A stretch of 64,000 bases of DNA from Candidatus Kaiserbacteria bacterium (GCA_020428795.1 JAGQME010000003.1:30438-94437), one strand, 5' to 3'. Numbered from the stretch's first letter, positions 28,777-38,990 are shown. The notes: a model not told the origin generated them from the letters alone. Numbers and translations are program-made.

Positions 28777-31437
28777 ATGAAAGTTCCCGCAGTTAGTTCG
28801 ATGGTGTTTTGGTCGCATTCGGTAGAAGAGGTAGTGACGGTTTTGGAGACTGATGTTAAAAATGGCCTAACTGATGATGAGGTAGCTAAAAGAAAAAAGG
28901 AGTTTGGTAGTAATGACGTTGAAGATGCTCATGTTAGTAGTGATTTGGTGATGCTGGCTAGGCAATTTAAGAGTCCGCTAATTATTATCTTGCTTTTGGC
29001 CGCCGGAGCTACCTTTTTTCTAAAAGAGTGGTTTGATGCCAGTATTATTATTTTGGCGATTCTGGTTAATGCGGTATTAGGGTTCTATCAAGAAAATAAA
29101 GCAGAGAATGCCATCAGTCATTTGCGGTCTTTTATTAAAGTTCGGGTCAGGGTTATTAGGAATGGTAAGGAGCTAGAAGTAAACGCCAAGGATGTAGTGC
29201 CCGGTGATTTGGTTCATTTGACTCTTGGTAGTCGGGTTCCGGCCGACGGTCGAATAATTTCTGAACGTAATTTACGAATAGACGAAGCGGTATTAACCGG
29301 GGAATCTTTGCCGGTATCTAAACATTCCAATGTTTTGCCGGAGGCGACACTTTTGGCTGATAGAGTAAATATGGCTTTTGGGGGAACCTTGGTGGCTGAG
29401 GGTAATGGTTTGATGATCGTAACTGGTACAGCTATGAATACTGAGTTTGGCAAAATTGCCAATCTGGTTGGGGTTACCAAAAAAGAACAGACTCCGATTC
29501 AAAAGTCTGTGGCCGAGCTGTCTTGGATAATAACCATTCTGGCTTCGTTGTTGGTGGTGGTTGTTTTTGGTTTGGGGATTTCGCGGGGAGAATCATTCGT
29601 AGACATGTTTCTTATTTCAGTGGCGGTGGCAGTTGGTTCAATTCCGGAGGCTCTACCGATTGGTCTCACTGCCGTTTTGGCGGTGGGGGTAGAACGTCTA
29701 GCTAAACGGAAGGGAATTATGAGAAATCTCACCGCCGCTGAGACGCTCGGTTCAACCACAGTGGTGATGACAGATAAGACCGGTACTTTAACAGAGGCCA
29801 AATTACAATTGGTAGATATCTTAACTGTCAATAATATAAGACAGCATCACGTTGCTTCAGTCACAGATTCACTTAGTCTAAAACAAAAGGATTTATTACA
29901 TGTGGCGGCTATGGGTAGTGATGTGATTGTCGAGAACCCAAATGACGAGATTGATATGTGGCGGGTGGCTGGTAGTTCGCTTGAAGCTACTATTTTAAAG
30001 AATGCTACAAAGTATAAGGTGGCCAGTCTGGCCAGTTTGACTGATCAAAAAAGAAAGGTAGTGATTCCTTTTAATTCTAAAAATAAATTTTCGGTTTGTG
30101 AAAGCTTACTTGACCTTCAGTCTGATCTAACTAGCCGTAAAAAAGGTTATGCTCAGATAATCATCGGTGCCCCAGATATTCTGCTTAAGAGATCAACTCT
30201 ATCAAAAGACGACTATCTAACCCTGCTAGAGAGTATAGAAAAATATTCTTTAGAGGGAAGACGGATGGTTGGGGTGGCTGTTTCTTATTTAAACAAGGCT
30301 GGTCAAACTCATGGTCGTTACAAACCAGACGAGATTAAAGACATTGAATTTATTGGACTTTTGTCATTTTTTGATCCGGTAAGAAAAGAGGTGCCGGAGG
30401 CAATTAAAAAAATCGAGAAATTTGGAGTTAGGGTTGTAATAGCGACCGGAGATTTGCCAGGTACAGCGATGGCCGTAGCTAGACAATTAGGTTGGGAAAT
30501 AAAGGAGTCAGAAGTTTTAACTGGTGACGCTATTGGTCAAATGGATGATTCTGAATTAAGAGACTCACTTAGTCATGTAAAAATATTTGCTAGAGTGGCT
30601 CCGAAAGATAAGCTTCGGGTCGCCAAGCTCTTTCAATCTAGGGGCGAGGTGATTGCTATGACTGGTGACGGGGTCAACGACGCTCCATCTCTAAAAGCAG
30701 TAGATATTGGGATTGCCGTTGGTTCCGGCAGTGATGTTTCAAAGGGGGTGGCCGATCTCGTATTGCTTGATGATAATTTTAATACAATTGTAGCGGCTAT
30801 TGAGGAAGGGAAACGGGTGCTTAAAAATATCCGCAAGACATTTGTTTATTTAATGTCTAGCTCACTCGATGAAGTAATCTTGATTGGTGGTAGCTTATTA
30901 TTGGCTATACCTTTACCTCTCACCGCTGTTCAAATTATTTGGGTAAATTTCTTTACTGGCAGTTTACCAGCCATTGCTTTTGCTTTTGACAAAGATATTG
31001 ATGAGGCTCATACCAAGAAGCAACATAAGGACAAGATTATTAATAGTGAGGTCAGAGCCCTTACCACCTTGGTGGCAATTATCACTTCGGGGGTGTTGTT
31101 TTTGTTGTACTACTTACTGTTAAAGACTGATTTTGATTTGCTTATGATCAAGACCTTTGTCTTTGTTTGCTTTGCTTCTTATATTTTGTTTATTTCTTAT
31201 TCATTTAGAAATTTACAAAAATCCATCTTTTATTACAACCCTTTCTCTAATCAGTTATTAAACGTCGGTGTTGTAGTCGGCCTCGTTTTACTTTTGGCCA
31301 CTGTCTACGTACCTTTTTTGCAGACAGTGTTTCATACTACCGCTTTAAACGCTATTTGGTTGGTCGGAATATTTGCTTGGGTGGCGGGTAATATGCTTTT
31401 TGTGGAGACCATTAAATGGTTTTTCTACCGAAAATAG
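28777..31437 (+). CDS. P2-type cation-transporting ATPase (Ca2+/cation pump-like)
   Basis: TGES, the phosphorylation motif DKTGTLT, MTGDGVNDAPSLK, and 10 TM helices. Size is 886 aa. Confidence 0.9.
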   Translation: MKVPAVSSMVFWSHSVEEVVTVLETDVKNGLTDDEVAKRKKEFGSNDVEDAHVSSDLVMLARQFKSPLIIILLLAAGATFFLKEWFDASIIILAILVNAVLGFYQENKAENAISHLRSFIKVRVRVIRNGKELEVNAKDVVPGDLVHLTLGSRVPADGRIISERNLRIDEAVLTGESLPVSKHSNVLPEATLLADRVNMAFGGTLVAEGNGLMIVTGTAMNTEFGKIANLVGVTKKEQTPIQKSVAELSWIITILASLLVVVVFGLGISRGESFVDMFLISVAVAVGSIPEALPIGLTAVLAVGVERLAKRKGIMRNLTAAETLGSTTVVMTDKTGTLTEAKLQLVDILTVNNIRQHHVASVTDSLSLKQKDLLHVAAMGSDVIVENPNDEIDMWRVAGSSLEATILKNATKYKVASLASLTDQKRKVVIPFNSKNKFSVCESLLDLQSDLTSRKKGYAQIIIGAPDILLKRSTLSKDDYLTLLESIEKYSLEGRRMVGVAVSYLNKAGQTHGRYKPDEIKDIEFIGLLSFFDPVRKEVPEAIKKIEKFGVRVVIATGDLPGTAMAVARQLGWEIKESEVLTGDAIGQMDDSELRDSLSHVKIFARVAPKDKLRVAKLFQSRGEVIAMTGDGVNDAPSLKAVDIGIAVGSGSDVSKGVADLVLLDDNFNTIVAAIEEGKRVLKNIRKTFVYLMSSSLDEVILIGGSLLLAIPLPLTAVQIIWVNFFTGSLPAIAFAFDKDIDEAHTKKQHKDKIINSEVRALTTLVAIITSGVLFLLYYLLLKTDFDLLMIKTFVFVCFASYILFISYSFRNLQKSIFYYNPFSNQLLNVGVVVGLVLLLATVYVPFLQTVFHTTALNAIWLVGIFAWVAGNMLFVETIKWFFYRK

Positions 31438-31447
31438 TTTGATCATC

Positions 31448-32149
31448 TTACCACTCGATCGGTACTAGATTGTGTTTCTTAAGATAGTTATTGGTCTGAC
31501 TAAAATGATGATTGCCAAACCAACCGGTATGAGCTGAGAGTGGTGATGGGTGAGAAGACTCCAGAACTAAGTGCTTGTTTCTATCTATATGTGAGCCTTT
31601 TTGTTTGGCGTAATTGCCCCAGAGCAAGAAGACCAGATTTTCTTTTTGGTCTGATAATTTAGAAATTACGCTATCGGTAAATTCCTCCCAACCCTTACCT
31701 TTGTGGGAGCCAGCCTTATGAGCTTCGACTGTTAAGGTTGAATTCAATAATAGGACACCCTGCTCGGCCCAGTGGCTGAGATCGCCGTTTTTGAGGTTTG
31801 ATTGTCCAATATCGTTTTGAATTTCTTTAAAAATATTTTTTAAAGAAGGAGGAATTCCTACGGTCTCTGGTACCGAGAAGCTCAATCCGGTGGCTTGACC
31901 TTGACCGTGGTAGGGGTCCTGTCCGAGAATAACCACTTTTACCTTATCAAAAGGACAAAGGTTAAAAGCGGCGAATAGATTGGCTGGTTTTGGATAGATA
32001 ACTTTATGTAAATAAGCCTTCTTAACAAAGTTGGTTAAATCCAGAAAATATTCCTTTTCAAATTCGTCAGCCAGGATATTTTGCCACGAAGCTTCAATTT
32101 TTACATTCATAAAATTGAAATAATTATGAGTATAACACAAAGCTTTCAC
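31448..32149 (-). CDS. ung: Uracil-DNA glycosylase, family 1
   Basis: GQDPYHGQGQA, HPSPLS, and the water-activating-loop motifs. Confidence 0.9.
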   Translation of the reverse strand: MKALCYTHNYFNFMNVKIEASWQNILADEFEKEYFLDLTNFVKKAYLHKVIYPKPANLFAAFNLCPFDKVKVVILGQDPYHGQGQATGLSFSVPETVGIPPSLKNIFKEIQNDIGQSNLKNGDLSHWAEQGVLLLNSTLTVEAHKAGSHKGKGWEEFTDSVISKLSDQKENLVFLLWGNYAKQKGSHIDRNKHLVLESSHPSPLSAHTGWFGNHHFSQTNNYLKKHNLVPIEW

Positions 32150-32188
32150 TGGCTCTGTTATAATATTTAGGTTTGTTATAATATTTTC

Positions 32189-33487
32189 ATGAGATTACTT
32201 GTCCACCAAAATATCGAAGTCAACAGTGAGTACGCCAATCTTTTGCGACCGTACATTGAATCCTTGCGATCGGTAGCCGGTCAAAGCAATTACGAAAGTG
32301 ATGAATCCTCAATCAATTTACCTTTTGATGATTCGGTTTACCAATCGGTAGAGGAGATGGTGCAGAAAAAAGTTAATTCATCTCTAAAATATATTTTTCT
32401 GATCGGTATTGGTGGTTCCAATCTCGGAACTAAAGCTATTTACGAGGCGCTTAATTTTGAGTCAGAAGAGGGGTCAAAAAAACGACCAGAGCTGATATTT
32501 GTGGATACTAATAATAGTCGAATTCTAGATCAAATACGTATCGAGGCGGTTTCTAATATAGAAAAACCCGAAGATTTTCTACTAATTTCTATCAGCAAAT
32601 CAGGTGGTACTACCGAGACTTTGGCTAACACAGAGATTCTGGTGGACTGGCTCCAGTCAAAACTTGGCGATATAAAAGACCGGCTAGTGGTGGTAACAGA
32701 CGCTGGTTCGAGCTTTGATTTGGAAGCTAAAAAAAATGGAATTGAGGTGCTAAATATTCCGCACAAAGTGGGCGGACGTTACTCTGTTTTGTCGGCGGTT
32801 GGTCTTTTGCCTCTTAAGGCCGCTGGTTTTTCTATAGCCGATTTATTACAAGGCGCTAAAGATATTCGTCCGTATTGTTTAGAACCAGATATTCAAAATA
32901 ATCCAGCCGCTCAATCAGCTCTTATTTTGGCCGAGGCTATGAGGTCTGGTATTAATGTCAGTGATACCTTTGTCTTTAATTCTGAGTTGGAGTCGCTTGG
33001 TAAATGGTATCGTCAGTTAATGGGTGAAAGTATTGGTAAACAATACGATCGTGAGGGTAATGAGGTTCGGGTTGGACTAACGCCGACGGTGTCAGTTGGT
33101 TCGACTGATCTTCACTCGGTTGGACAACTATATTTAGGTGGTCCAAAGGATAAGATTACCACTTTTATCTATAACACAGATACTGACAATAGTTTTGCTG
33201 TGCCAGCTAAACGCTTATTTAGTGAGGTGGTGGAAATGATTGATGGCAAAAACACCAGTCAGATTATGGAAGCAATTTTGGGCGGAGTTAAAATTGCCTA
33301 CCAAAACAACGATTTACTCTTTATGGAAATACAGTTATCTGGCATCAATCCTTATGAAATAGGGGCTTATATGCAGTATAAGATGATTGAAATGATGTAT
33401 CTGGGCCGGATTCTAAACGTGAATCCGTTTGATCAGCCTAATGTTGAGTCGTATAAGATCGCTACCAAAGATATCCTGAGCCGGTAA
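32189..33487 (+). CDS. pgi: Glucose-6-phosphate isomerase (short bacterial/archaeal-type PGI)
   Basis: SIS domains carrying the PGI signature ISKSGGTTETL. Confidence 0.8.
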   Translation: MRLLVHQNIEVNSEYANLLRPYIESLRSVAGQSNYESDESSINLPFDDSVYQSVEEMVQKKVNSSLKYIFLIGIGGSNLGTKAIYEALNFESEEGSKKRPELIFVDTNNSRILDQIRIEAVSNIEKPEDFLLISISKSGGTTETLANTEILVDWLQSKLGDIKDRLVVVTDAGSSFDLEAKKNGIEVLNIPHKVGGRYSVLSAVGLLPLKAAGFSIADLLQGAKDIRPYCLEPDIQNNPAAQSALILAEAMRSGINVSDTFVFNSELESLGKWYRQLMGESIGKQYDREGNEVRVGLTPTVSVGSTDLHSVGQLYLGGPKDKITTFIYNTDTDNSFAVPAKRLFSEVVEMIDGKNTSQIMEAILGGVKIAYQNNDLLFMEIQLSGINPYEIGAYMQYKMIEMMYLGRILNVNPFDQPNVESYKIATKDILSR

Positions 33488-33545
33488 TTTATTTACAAAG
33501 TAGAGACTAGGGTTGGTTTGCTATATACTACTAATATTGCTTTTT

Positions 33546-34970
33546 ATGGTTATGAGTGAGTCTTGGTTACAAAAATATAATCATCCAACCTCAATTGTGA
33601 TTTTTGGTGGGACCGGAAATCTAGCCGAAACCAAGCTCCTGCCAGCCTTACTGGCTCTTTACATAAAGAATGTATTACCAGATTCTTTTAGAGTGATCGG
33701 TCTCTCTAGAAAAAAATTGTCTAATGAGGATTATCGGTCTTATGTGAGACAGGTGGTGGCGGGTGGCAATCATTCAAAATCAGAGTCTGTTATAGAAGAT
33801 TTTTGTCGAAGGTTTTATTATGTGGCTGGTGATTTCGATGACAATCAATCATACGAAAACGTGATAAAGGAGTTAAAAGATTTTGATGATGAACTAGGAC
33901 AATGTACTAGCAAATTATTTTATCTAGCCGTACCCCCAGTTTTTTATAAAACTATTTTTAAAAAACTAAAAACTCACGAAGCCTTAAATTTGTGTGATGA
34001 GATAGGCTCTTGGTCTAGGTTGTTGGTGGAAAAACCGTTTGGTAATGATTTGGCCACAGCCAAGGAGTTGGAAAAACAATTATGTGATTCATTTAATGAT
34101 GACCAAATTTATCGAATTGACCATTATTTAGCTAAAGATGCCATAGAAAATATCATTTCTCTTCGGTTTGCTAACAGTATCTTAGCCGACTCTTGGAACG
34201 GTCGTCAGATAGAATCAATTACGATTAAGTTGTTTGAAACTAAAGATGTCTCAACTCGGGGTTCGTTTTACGACGGAATCGGAGCCTTAAGAGATGTCGG
34301 TCAAAATCATTTACTTCAAATCTTGGCTCTTTTGACCATGTTGCCAAGCAACGTTCACGATGCTAGTGAAATACGTCAAGCTAGAGCCAAAGCTCTGGGG
34401 TCTTTATCAAAAAAAGTGTCAAATAATGTAATTCGTGGACAATACGCTGGTTATCAAGATGAGCTCGGGGTGGAAAAAGATTCAGTCACCGAAACTTATT
34501 TTCAGATTACTACTGAAATGGAATCTGAAAACTGGCGGGGTGTACCAATTGTTCTAGAGTCCGGTAAGGCCTTAAGCGAATCTAAAACAGAGGCCCTGAT
34601 AGTTTTTAAAGGTTTGGATAAATGTAGTTGTGATGCAGAATCAGAAAATCATTACCACAAAAATACTTTACGCCTAACCTTTTCACCAGAACAAATGATT
34701 AAGCTGAAGATGTGGTTTAAAAAACCGGGCTTTGATTTTACGCTGGAGGCAAGGGACTTTACTCTCTCAAAGAGTGAAGCCGTTGATACCTATTCGCCCG
34801 AAGCCTACGAAAAGGTTCTATTTGACTGTATCGCTGGTAATCAGACTCGGTTTGTCAGCGGAGAAGAGGTGGTGGCGGCTTGGGAATTTATTGGACCAAT
34901 CCTTGATAATTTCGATAAAAACACGCTCCATATATACGAAAAAGGTTCAACTGGTCCGTCGTCGTTATAA
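33546..34970 (+). CDS. zwf: Glucose-6-phosphate 1-dehydrogenase
   Basis: N-terminal NADP site IFGGTGNLAETKLLPAL and the active-site peptide RIDHYLAKD. Start taken at the internal Met of ORF 33513..34970. Confidence 0.85.
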   Translation: MVMSESWLQKYNHPTSIVIFGGTGNLAETKLLPALLALYIKNVLPDSFRVIGLSRKKLSNEDYRSYVRQVVAGGNHSKSESVIEDFCRRFYYVAGDFDDNQSYENVIKELKDFDDELGQCTSKLFYLAVPPVFYKTIFKKLKTHEALNLCDEIGSWSRLLVEKPFGNDLATAKELEKQLCDSFNDDQIYRIDHYLAKDAIENIISLRFANSILADSWNGRQIESITIKLFETKDVSTRGSFYDGIGALRDVGQNHLLQILALLTMLPSNVHDASEIRQARAKALGSLSKKVSNNVIRGQYAGYQDELGVEKDSVTETYFQITTEMESENWRGVPIVLESGKALSESKTEALIVFKGLDKCSCDAESENHYHKNTLRLTFSPEQMIKLKMWFKKPGFDFTLEARDFTLSKSEAVDTYSPEAYEKVLFDCIAGNQTRFVSGEEVVAAWEFIGPILDNFDKNTLHIYEKGSTGPSSL

Positions 34971-34989
34971 ATATTATTTAAGGTAAATT

Positions 34990-35889
34990 ATGAAAAAACA
35001 AATTGGTCTAATTGGATTAGGAAGAATGGGTTTAAATATGGCCATTCACTTGGTTGAACAGGGTTATGAAGTGGTGGCGACTGATACTGACGAAAACAGT
35101 CGCAAATCAGCGAGAGAGGCTGGTGTAATAGTGGTGCAAAATCTAGCCGATTTGGTCAAAAAATTAGATCAACCAAGACTGGTGTGGTTGATGATACCCA
35201 GTCAGTTTGTTGACGATGTTCTCACAGAAATAATTCCACTGTTGGATTCCGGTGATGCCATAATTGATGGTGGTAATTCCTTTTATCAAGATTCAATCCG
35301 TAGACACCGCTCTGCCAATGAGTTGCATATTGATTATCTTGATTGTGGTACATCGGGTGGGGTGTCTGGCGCTCGCAAAGGAGCCTCTTTGATGGTTGGT
35401 GGCAGAGCTGAGGTATTTCAAAAACATGAACCGGTCTTCAAAGCTTTGGCTACTCAAGATGCCTACGCTCTAGTGGGTGACGCTGGAGCCGGACATTTTG
35501 TAAAGATGGTTCATAACGGTATTGAATATGGCATGATGGGTGCAATTGCTGAAGGTGTATCGCTTTTGCACGATAAGGAGGATGAATTAGGAATTGATTT
35601 ACAATCGGTTTTTAAGCCTTATGAGCACGGCAGTGTGATTACCAGTCGGTTGGTTACTTGGCTGAGACAGGCTTATGAAGAAGGTTTGATTGATAAGATC
35701 GCTGGTGTGGTACCAAAAGGGGAGACTGAATCGGAAATGGAGTATTTGGTTGGTCTTGGCAGTCTGCCGGTCTTAGAAGCTTCACTTAGGCAGAGAAAGG
35801 AAACCAGAGAACAGCCATCTTATCTAGGTAAACTGGTAGCAGCCATGCGTAATAAGTTTGGTGGACACCAGACAGTTGATAAAGGTTAA
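34990..35889 (+). CDS. gnd: 6-phosphogluconate dehydrogenase (decarboxylating), short ~300-aa form
   Basis: Rossmann IGLIGLGRMGLNMA, and gnd-like blocks DGGNS, HNGIEYGMM. Confidence 0.8.
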   Translation: MKKQIGLIGLGRMGLNMAIHLVEQGYEVVATDTDENSRKSAREAGVIVVQNLADLVKKLDQPRLVWLMIPSQFVDDVLTEIIPLLDSGDAIIDGGNSFYQDSIRRHRSANELHIDYLDCGTSGGVSGARKGASLMVGGRAEVFQKHEPVFKALATQDAYALVGDAGAGHFVKMVHNGIEYGMMGAIAEGVSLLHDKEDELGIDLQSVFKPYEHGSVITSRLVTWLRQAYEEGLIDKIAGVVPKGETESEMEYLVGLGSLPVLEASLRQRKETREQPSYLGKLVAAMRNKFGGHQTVDKG

Positions 35890-35891
35890 TT

Positions 35892-36590
35892 ATGGAGATA
35901 GTAGAAACAAAAACACCAGTGGTCACGGCCGGAAAAATCTTAAACTTTAAATTAAGTGAACTCATAAACACCCCGACCTTGTTTCTGACTTCTGGTGGCT
36001 CAGCTTTAGCTTTGCTTGATCAACTAGATATTAAGATGCTAACCGAAAATTTAACCATTGGTGTGGTTGATGACAGATGTTCTGTTGATCCAGATATAAA
36101 TAATTTTACGAAACTAACCAAGACGGGTTTTTATGAATCAGCCAAAGTAGCCGGGGTAAAATTCATTGATACCAGACCAAGAAATGAGGATTGTGACCCG
36201 GCTACTTTGGCTGATTATTTTCAAAGAGAGTTAAAAAAATGGCGAACAAAATATCCTGAGGGTAAAATCTTGGTTACGCTTGGTATGGGAGAGGACGGCC
36301 ATACAGCTGGTATTTTTCCCGAGGTATCGGTAGTTGATTTTGCCGGAGCTGACTGGGTGGTCGGCTATCAGGTTCCTAAATCAGTCAATCAGTATCAAGA
36401 CCGTATAACTACCACCTACACTTTCTTGCAAGACATGGTTGATGAAGTCTTGGTCTATGTGACTGGTGAAAGTAAGACGGCTCAACTAAAAACCATCTTC
36501 GCGAGACTTGATTTTGACCCTAATTTACCCATTAGTATTATTCATAAACTAAAGTCAGTCACGTTGGTTACAGACTCGTTGTTACGGTAA
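35892..36590 (+). CDS. pgl: 6-phosphogluconolactonase
   Basis: LTSGGS and GMGEDGHTAGIFP motifs of the DevB/NagB superfamily. Confidence 0.75.
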   Translation: MEIVETKTPVVTAGKILNFKLSELINTPTLFLTSGGSALALLDQLDIKMLTENLTIGVVDDRCSVDPDINNFTKLTKTGFYESAKVAGVKFIDTRPRNEDCDPATLADYFQRELKKWRTKYPEGKILVTLGMGEDGHTAGIFPEVSVVDFAGADWVVGYQVPKSVNQYQDRITTTYTFLQDMVDEVLVYVTGESKTAQLKTIFARLDFDPNLPISIIHKLKSVTLVTDSLLR

Positions 36591-36659
36591 TACATAACAG
36601 AGGTTTTGGGTTTGGGGTGGGTTTGATTTTAGTCAAAATTGTGCTAGTATTTTGCACCT

Positions 36660-37925
36660 ATGTCAATATCCAGATCAAACAGACACCAATATGACGTGAT
36701 TGTGATTGGGGCCGGAGCGTCGGGCATGATGGCTGCTGGTCGGGCCGCCGAGCGTGGTCTTAAGGTTTTGTTGCTGGAAAAAAATAAAAAAGTTGGTAAA
36801 AAACTCTCGGTTACTGGTGGTGGTCGGTGCAATATTCTAAATTTTGAAGAAGACACCAAAAAACTCTTGGCCAACTATGGTGAAGCTGCTAAGTTTTTGT
36901 ATTCACCATTTTCCCAACATGGTATGAGTGATTCAAAAAAGTTTTTTGAATCAAAGGGTTTGCCGATTGTGGTCGAAGCAAGACAAAGAGCTTTTTCAGC
37001 CTCACAAAAAGCGGAAGATGTAACAGCTTGTCTCAAACGCTACGCCACTGAAAATAACGTTGAACTAAAATGTTCTACCAGAGTGGATAATTTTATTGTC
37101 GAAAAAGGGGAGATTGTGGGAGTTAGTACCAATCGTGGTGATTATGAGGCTAGATCATATATTTTAGCCACTGGTGGACTGGCTCATAAAAACACTACTT
37201 CATCGGGGGCTGGCTTAGACTGGGTGGCCAAAATTGGTCACACTGTTCATGAATCCAGTCCCAATATTGTGCCACTTGTGGTTCAGGAAGAGTGGGTCAA
37301 GAAATTATCTGGTCTCACCTTGTCATTTATGAAAATTACTTTTGGTGCTGATTACACAAAGGAGGCAGGACGGTTTTCAAAGACTGGTAAAATCCTCTTT
37401 ACTCATTTTGGTCTCTCTGGTCCTTTGATTTTGAATTCAGCCAATGAGGTTAGGAACTTGCTTAAATCTGGTCCGATCTTGGCCACTATTGATCTTTATC
37501 CAGACACCGAGGTGAATGTATTGCGAAATCGAGTGTTGGAGGTGTTTGATAAGAATAAAAACAAAGAATTAAGGAACGTGTTAAAAAATTTGGTGCCGGC
37601 CGGAATGGATAAAGCGGTAGCTGAACAATTTTCGCCAGAATTACAAAAAATGCGAGTACATAGTGTGAGTAAAGAGGAGCGTTTTGCGTTAGTCGATCGT
37701 ATTAAAGCTATGCCAATGACCATTACCGGTACTATGGGTATGGATTGGGCGGTGATTTCTGATGGGGGAATTCCTTTGGAGGAGGTCGATACCAAAACCA
37801 TGCAATCTAAGAAATTTTCCAACCTTTATCTAACCGGTGATGTTCTTCACATCAATCGACCAAGTGGTGGTTTTTTGCTACAGCTTTGTTGGACGACTGG
37901 CTTTGTGGCCGGATCACACGTGTAA
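36660..37925 (+). CDS. HI0933-family FAD-dependent flavoprotein (YhiN/BaiN-like)
   Basis: YDVIVIGAGASGMMAA FAD-binding motif and GGGRCNILN. Confidence 0.8.
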   Translation: MSISRSNRHQYDVIVIGAGASGMMAAGRAAERGLKVLLLEKNKKVGKKLSVTGGGRCNILNFEEDTKKLLANYGEAAKFLYSPFSQHGMSDSKKFFESKGLPIVVEARQRAFSASQKAEDVTACLKRYATENNVELKCSTRVDNFIVEKGEIVGVSTNRGDYEARSYILATGGLAHKNTTSSGAGLDWVAKIGHTVHESSPNIVPLVVQEEWVKKLSGLTLSFMKITFGADYTKEAGRFSKTGKILFTHFGLSGPLILNSANEVRNLLKSGPILATIDLYPDTEVNVLRNRVLEVFDKNKNKELRNVLKNLVPAGMDKAVAEQFSPELQKMRVHSVSKEERFALVDRIKAMPMTITGTMGMDWAVISDGGIPLEEVDTKTMQSKKFSNLYLTGDVLHINRPSGGFLLQLCWTTGFVAGSHV

Positions 37926-37927
37926 AC

Positions 37928-37972
37928 GCCACTACGGGCTCAATCGACTTGTCGATTGAGCCCGTAGTGGTG
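37928..37972 (+). terminator. Terminator hairpin after the HI0933-family gene
   Basis: Perfect 20-bp stem ccactacgggctcaatcgac-ttg-tcgattgagcccgtagtgg. Confidence 0.75.
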
Positions 37973-38230
37973 GTATTAGTGATAATTTATCCTTCACAAC
38001 TGGTGCAGATTGAGTCACCAATGTTATGAATTCGTACTTTGGCTTTGGCCGAACTTGCTACTTCTGGTAAATCAAAGTCTACGTCAAACTGTTCCTTATT
38101 CATATGTAGACATTTTAACATACCCCCAAATTGGTTATACACAGTTAAATTTAATATTATACGTAGGTTTTTGCTAACTGGTTAAGTGTATAGGCTGTAA
38201 AATTATGAAAAGTTTTGTTATTACATCTGA

Positions 38231-38674
38231 CTATAAGCCTCTTGTGTCGTAGGCCCAATGCAACAAAGCCTGTCTTTGTCGGCGTCGGCAACTGTTGTCA
38301 TTGAGGCGGCAGTTGTGGGCTATTTGAGCCACGTGTCTTCGCATCGCCCGCCATCTTTTTATCTGACGTTCATCGTCTTCGTGTCTACGGCCGAGGTAAT
38401 AACGACAGTACCACTGAAACCAACCTCTGGGATCATCTTTATGAATCCAGCCTTTATTTTGCCAAACTTTAAGTGGTTGACTAGCGTTTACACCATAGAA
38501 GTTTAATTCTTGATGTCGTTTACCGTCATCAGATAACTTTGCTTTCTTAAACCAAGTCTTAGGAAATTCTTTGGGTTTATCACTGAAATAAAGCCCACCA
38601 AAAACACCCAATTCCAACATCTCTTTAGGAGTGAGCTGGGGTTTAAAATCAGGGTGAAAATTCTTTTTAGACAT
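38231..38674 (-). CDS. Conserved hypothetical protein (W/R/Y-rich), translationally coupled to the upstream ATL-like gene
   Basis: About 147 aa from MSKKNF. Its start overlaps the stop of the upstream gene by 8 nt. Confidence 0.45.
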   Translation of the reverse strand: MSKKNFHPDFKPQLTPKEMLELGVFGGLYFSDKPKEFPKTWFKKAKLSDDGKRHQELNFYGVNASQPLKVWQNKGWIHKDDPRGWFQWYCRYYLGRRHEDDERQIKRWRAMRRHVAQIAHNCRLNDNSCRRRQRQALLHWAYDTRGL

Positions 38675-38990
38675 AGTCTTCAAAATCGAAAAGGACTTCT
38701 TCAAAATCAATGATTATCCCTTTTTCGTTAAGTCTGATTCCTTCTTTTTTATATAATTTACGTCTTTTGTTCTCACACTCGTTATTCAGCCAAACCTTAC
38801 CACCAGCGTAGACGATCCGGTGATAGGGAATAACGCCTTGTTTGGGATATTTACCTAAAATATTGCTAACACTTCTAGCGGCTTGACCACCGCCACCAGC
38901 TGCTTTGGCCAATGAACCATAGGTTGCCACTCTACCGGCTGGTATGGCTAGGGCTAATTCACAAACTCTTTGACTAAAAGTAGGAGTCAT
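38667..38990 (-). CDS. MGMT-family DNA-binding domain protein lacking the active-site Cys (alkyltransferase-like, ATL-type)
   Basis: Helix-turn-helix and Asn-hinge region of the MGMT C-terminal domain. The canonical PCHRV is replaced by PYHRIV. Size is 107 aa. Confidence 0.65.
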   Translation of the reverse strand: MTPTFSQRVCELALAIPAGRVATYGSLAKAAGGGGQAARSVSNILGKYPKQGVIPYHRIVYAGGKVWLNNECENKRRKLYKKEGIRLNEKGIIIDFEEVLFDFEDYV

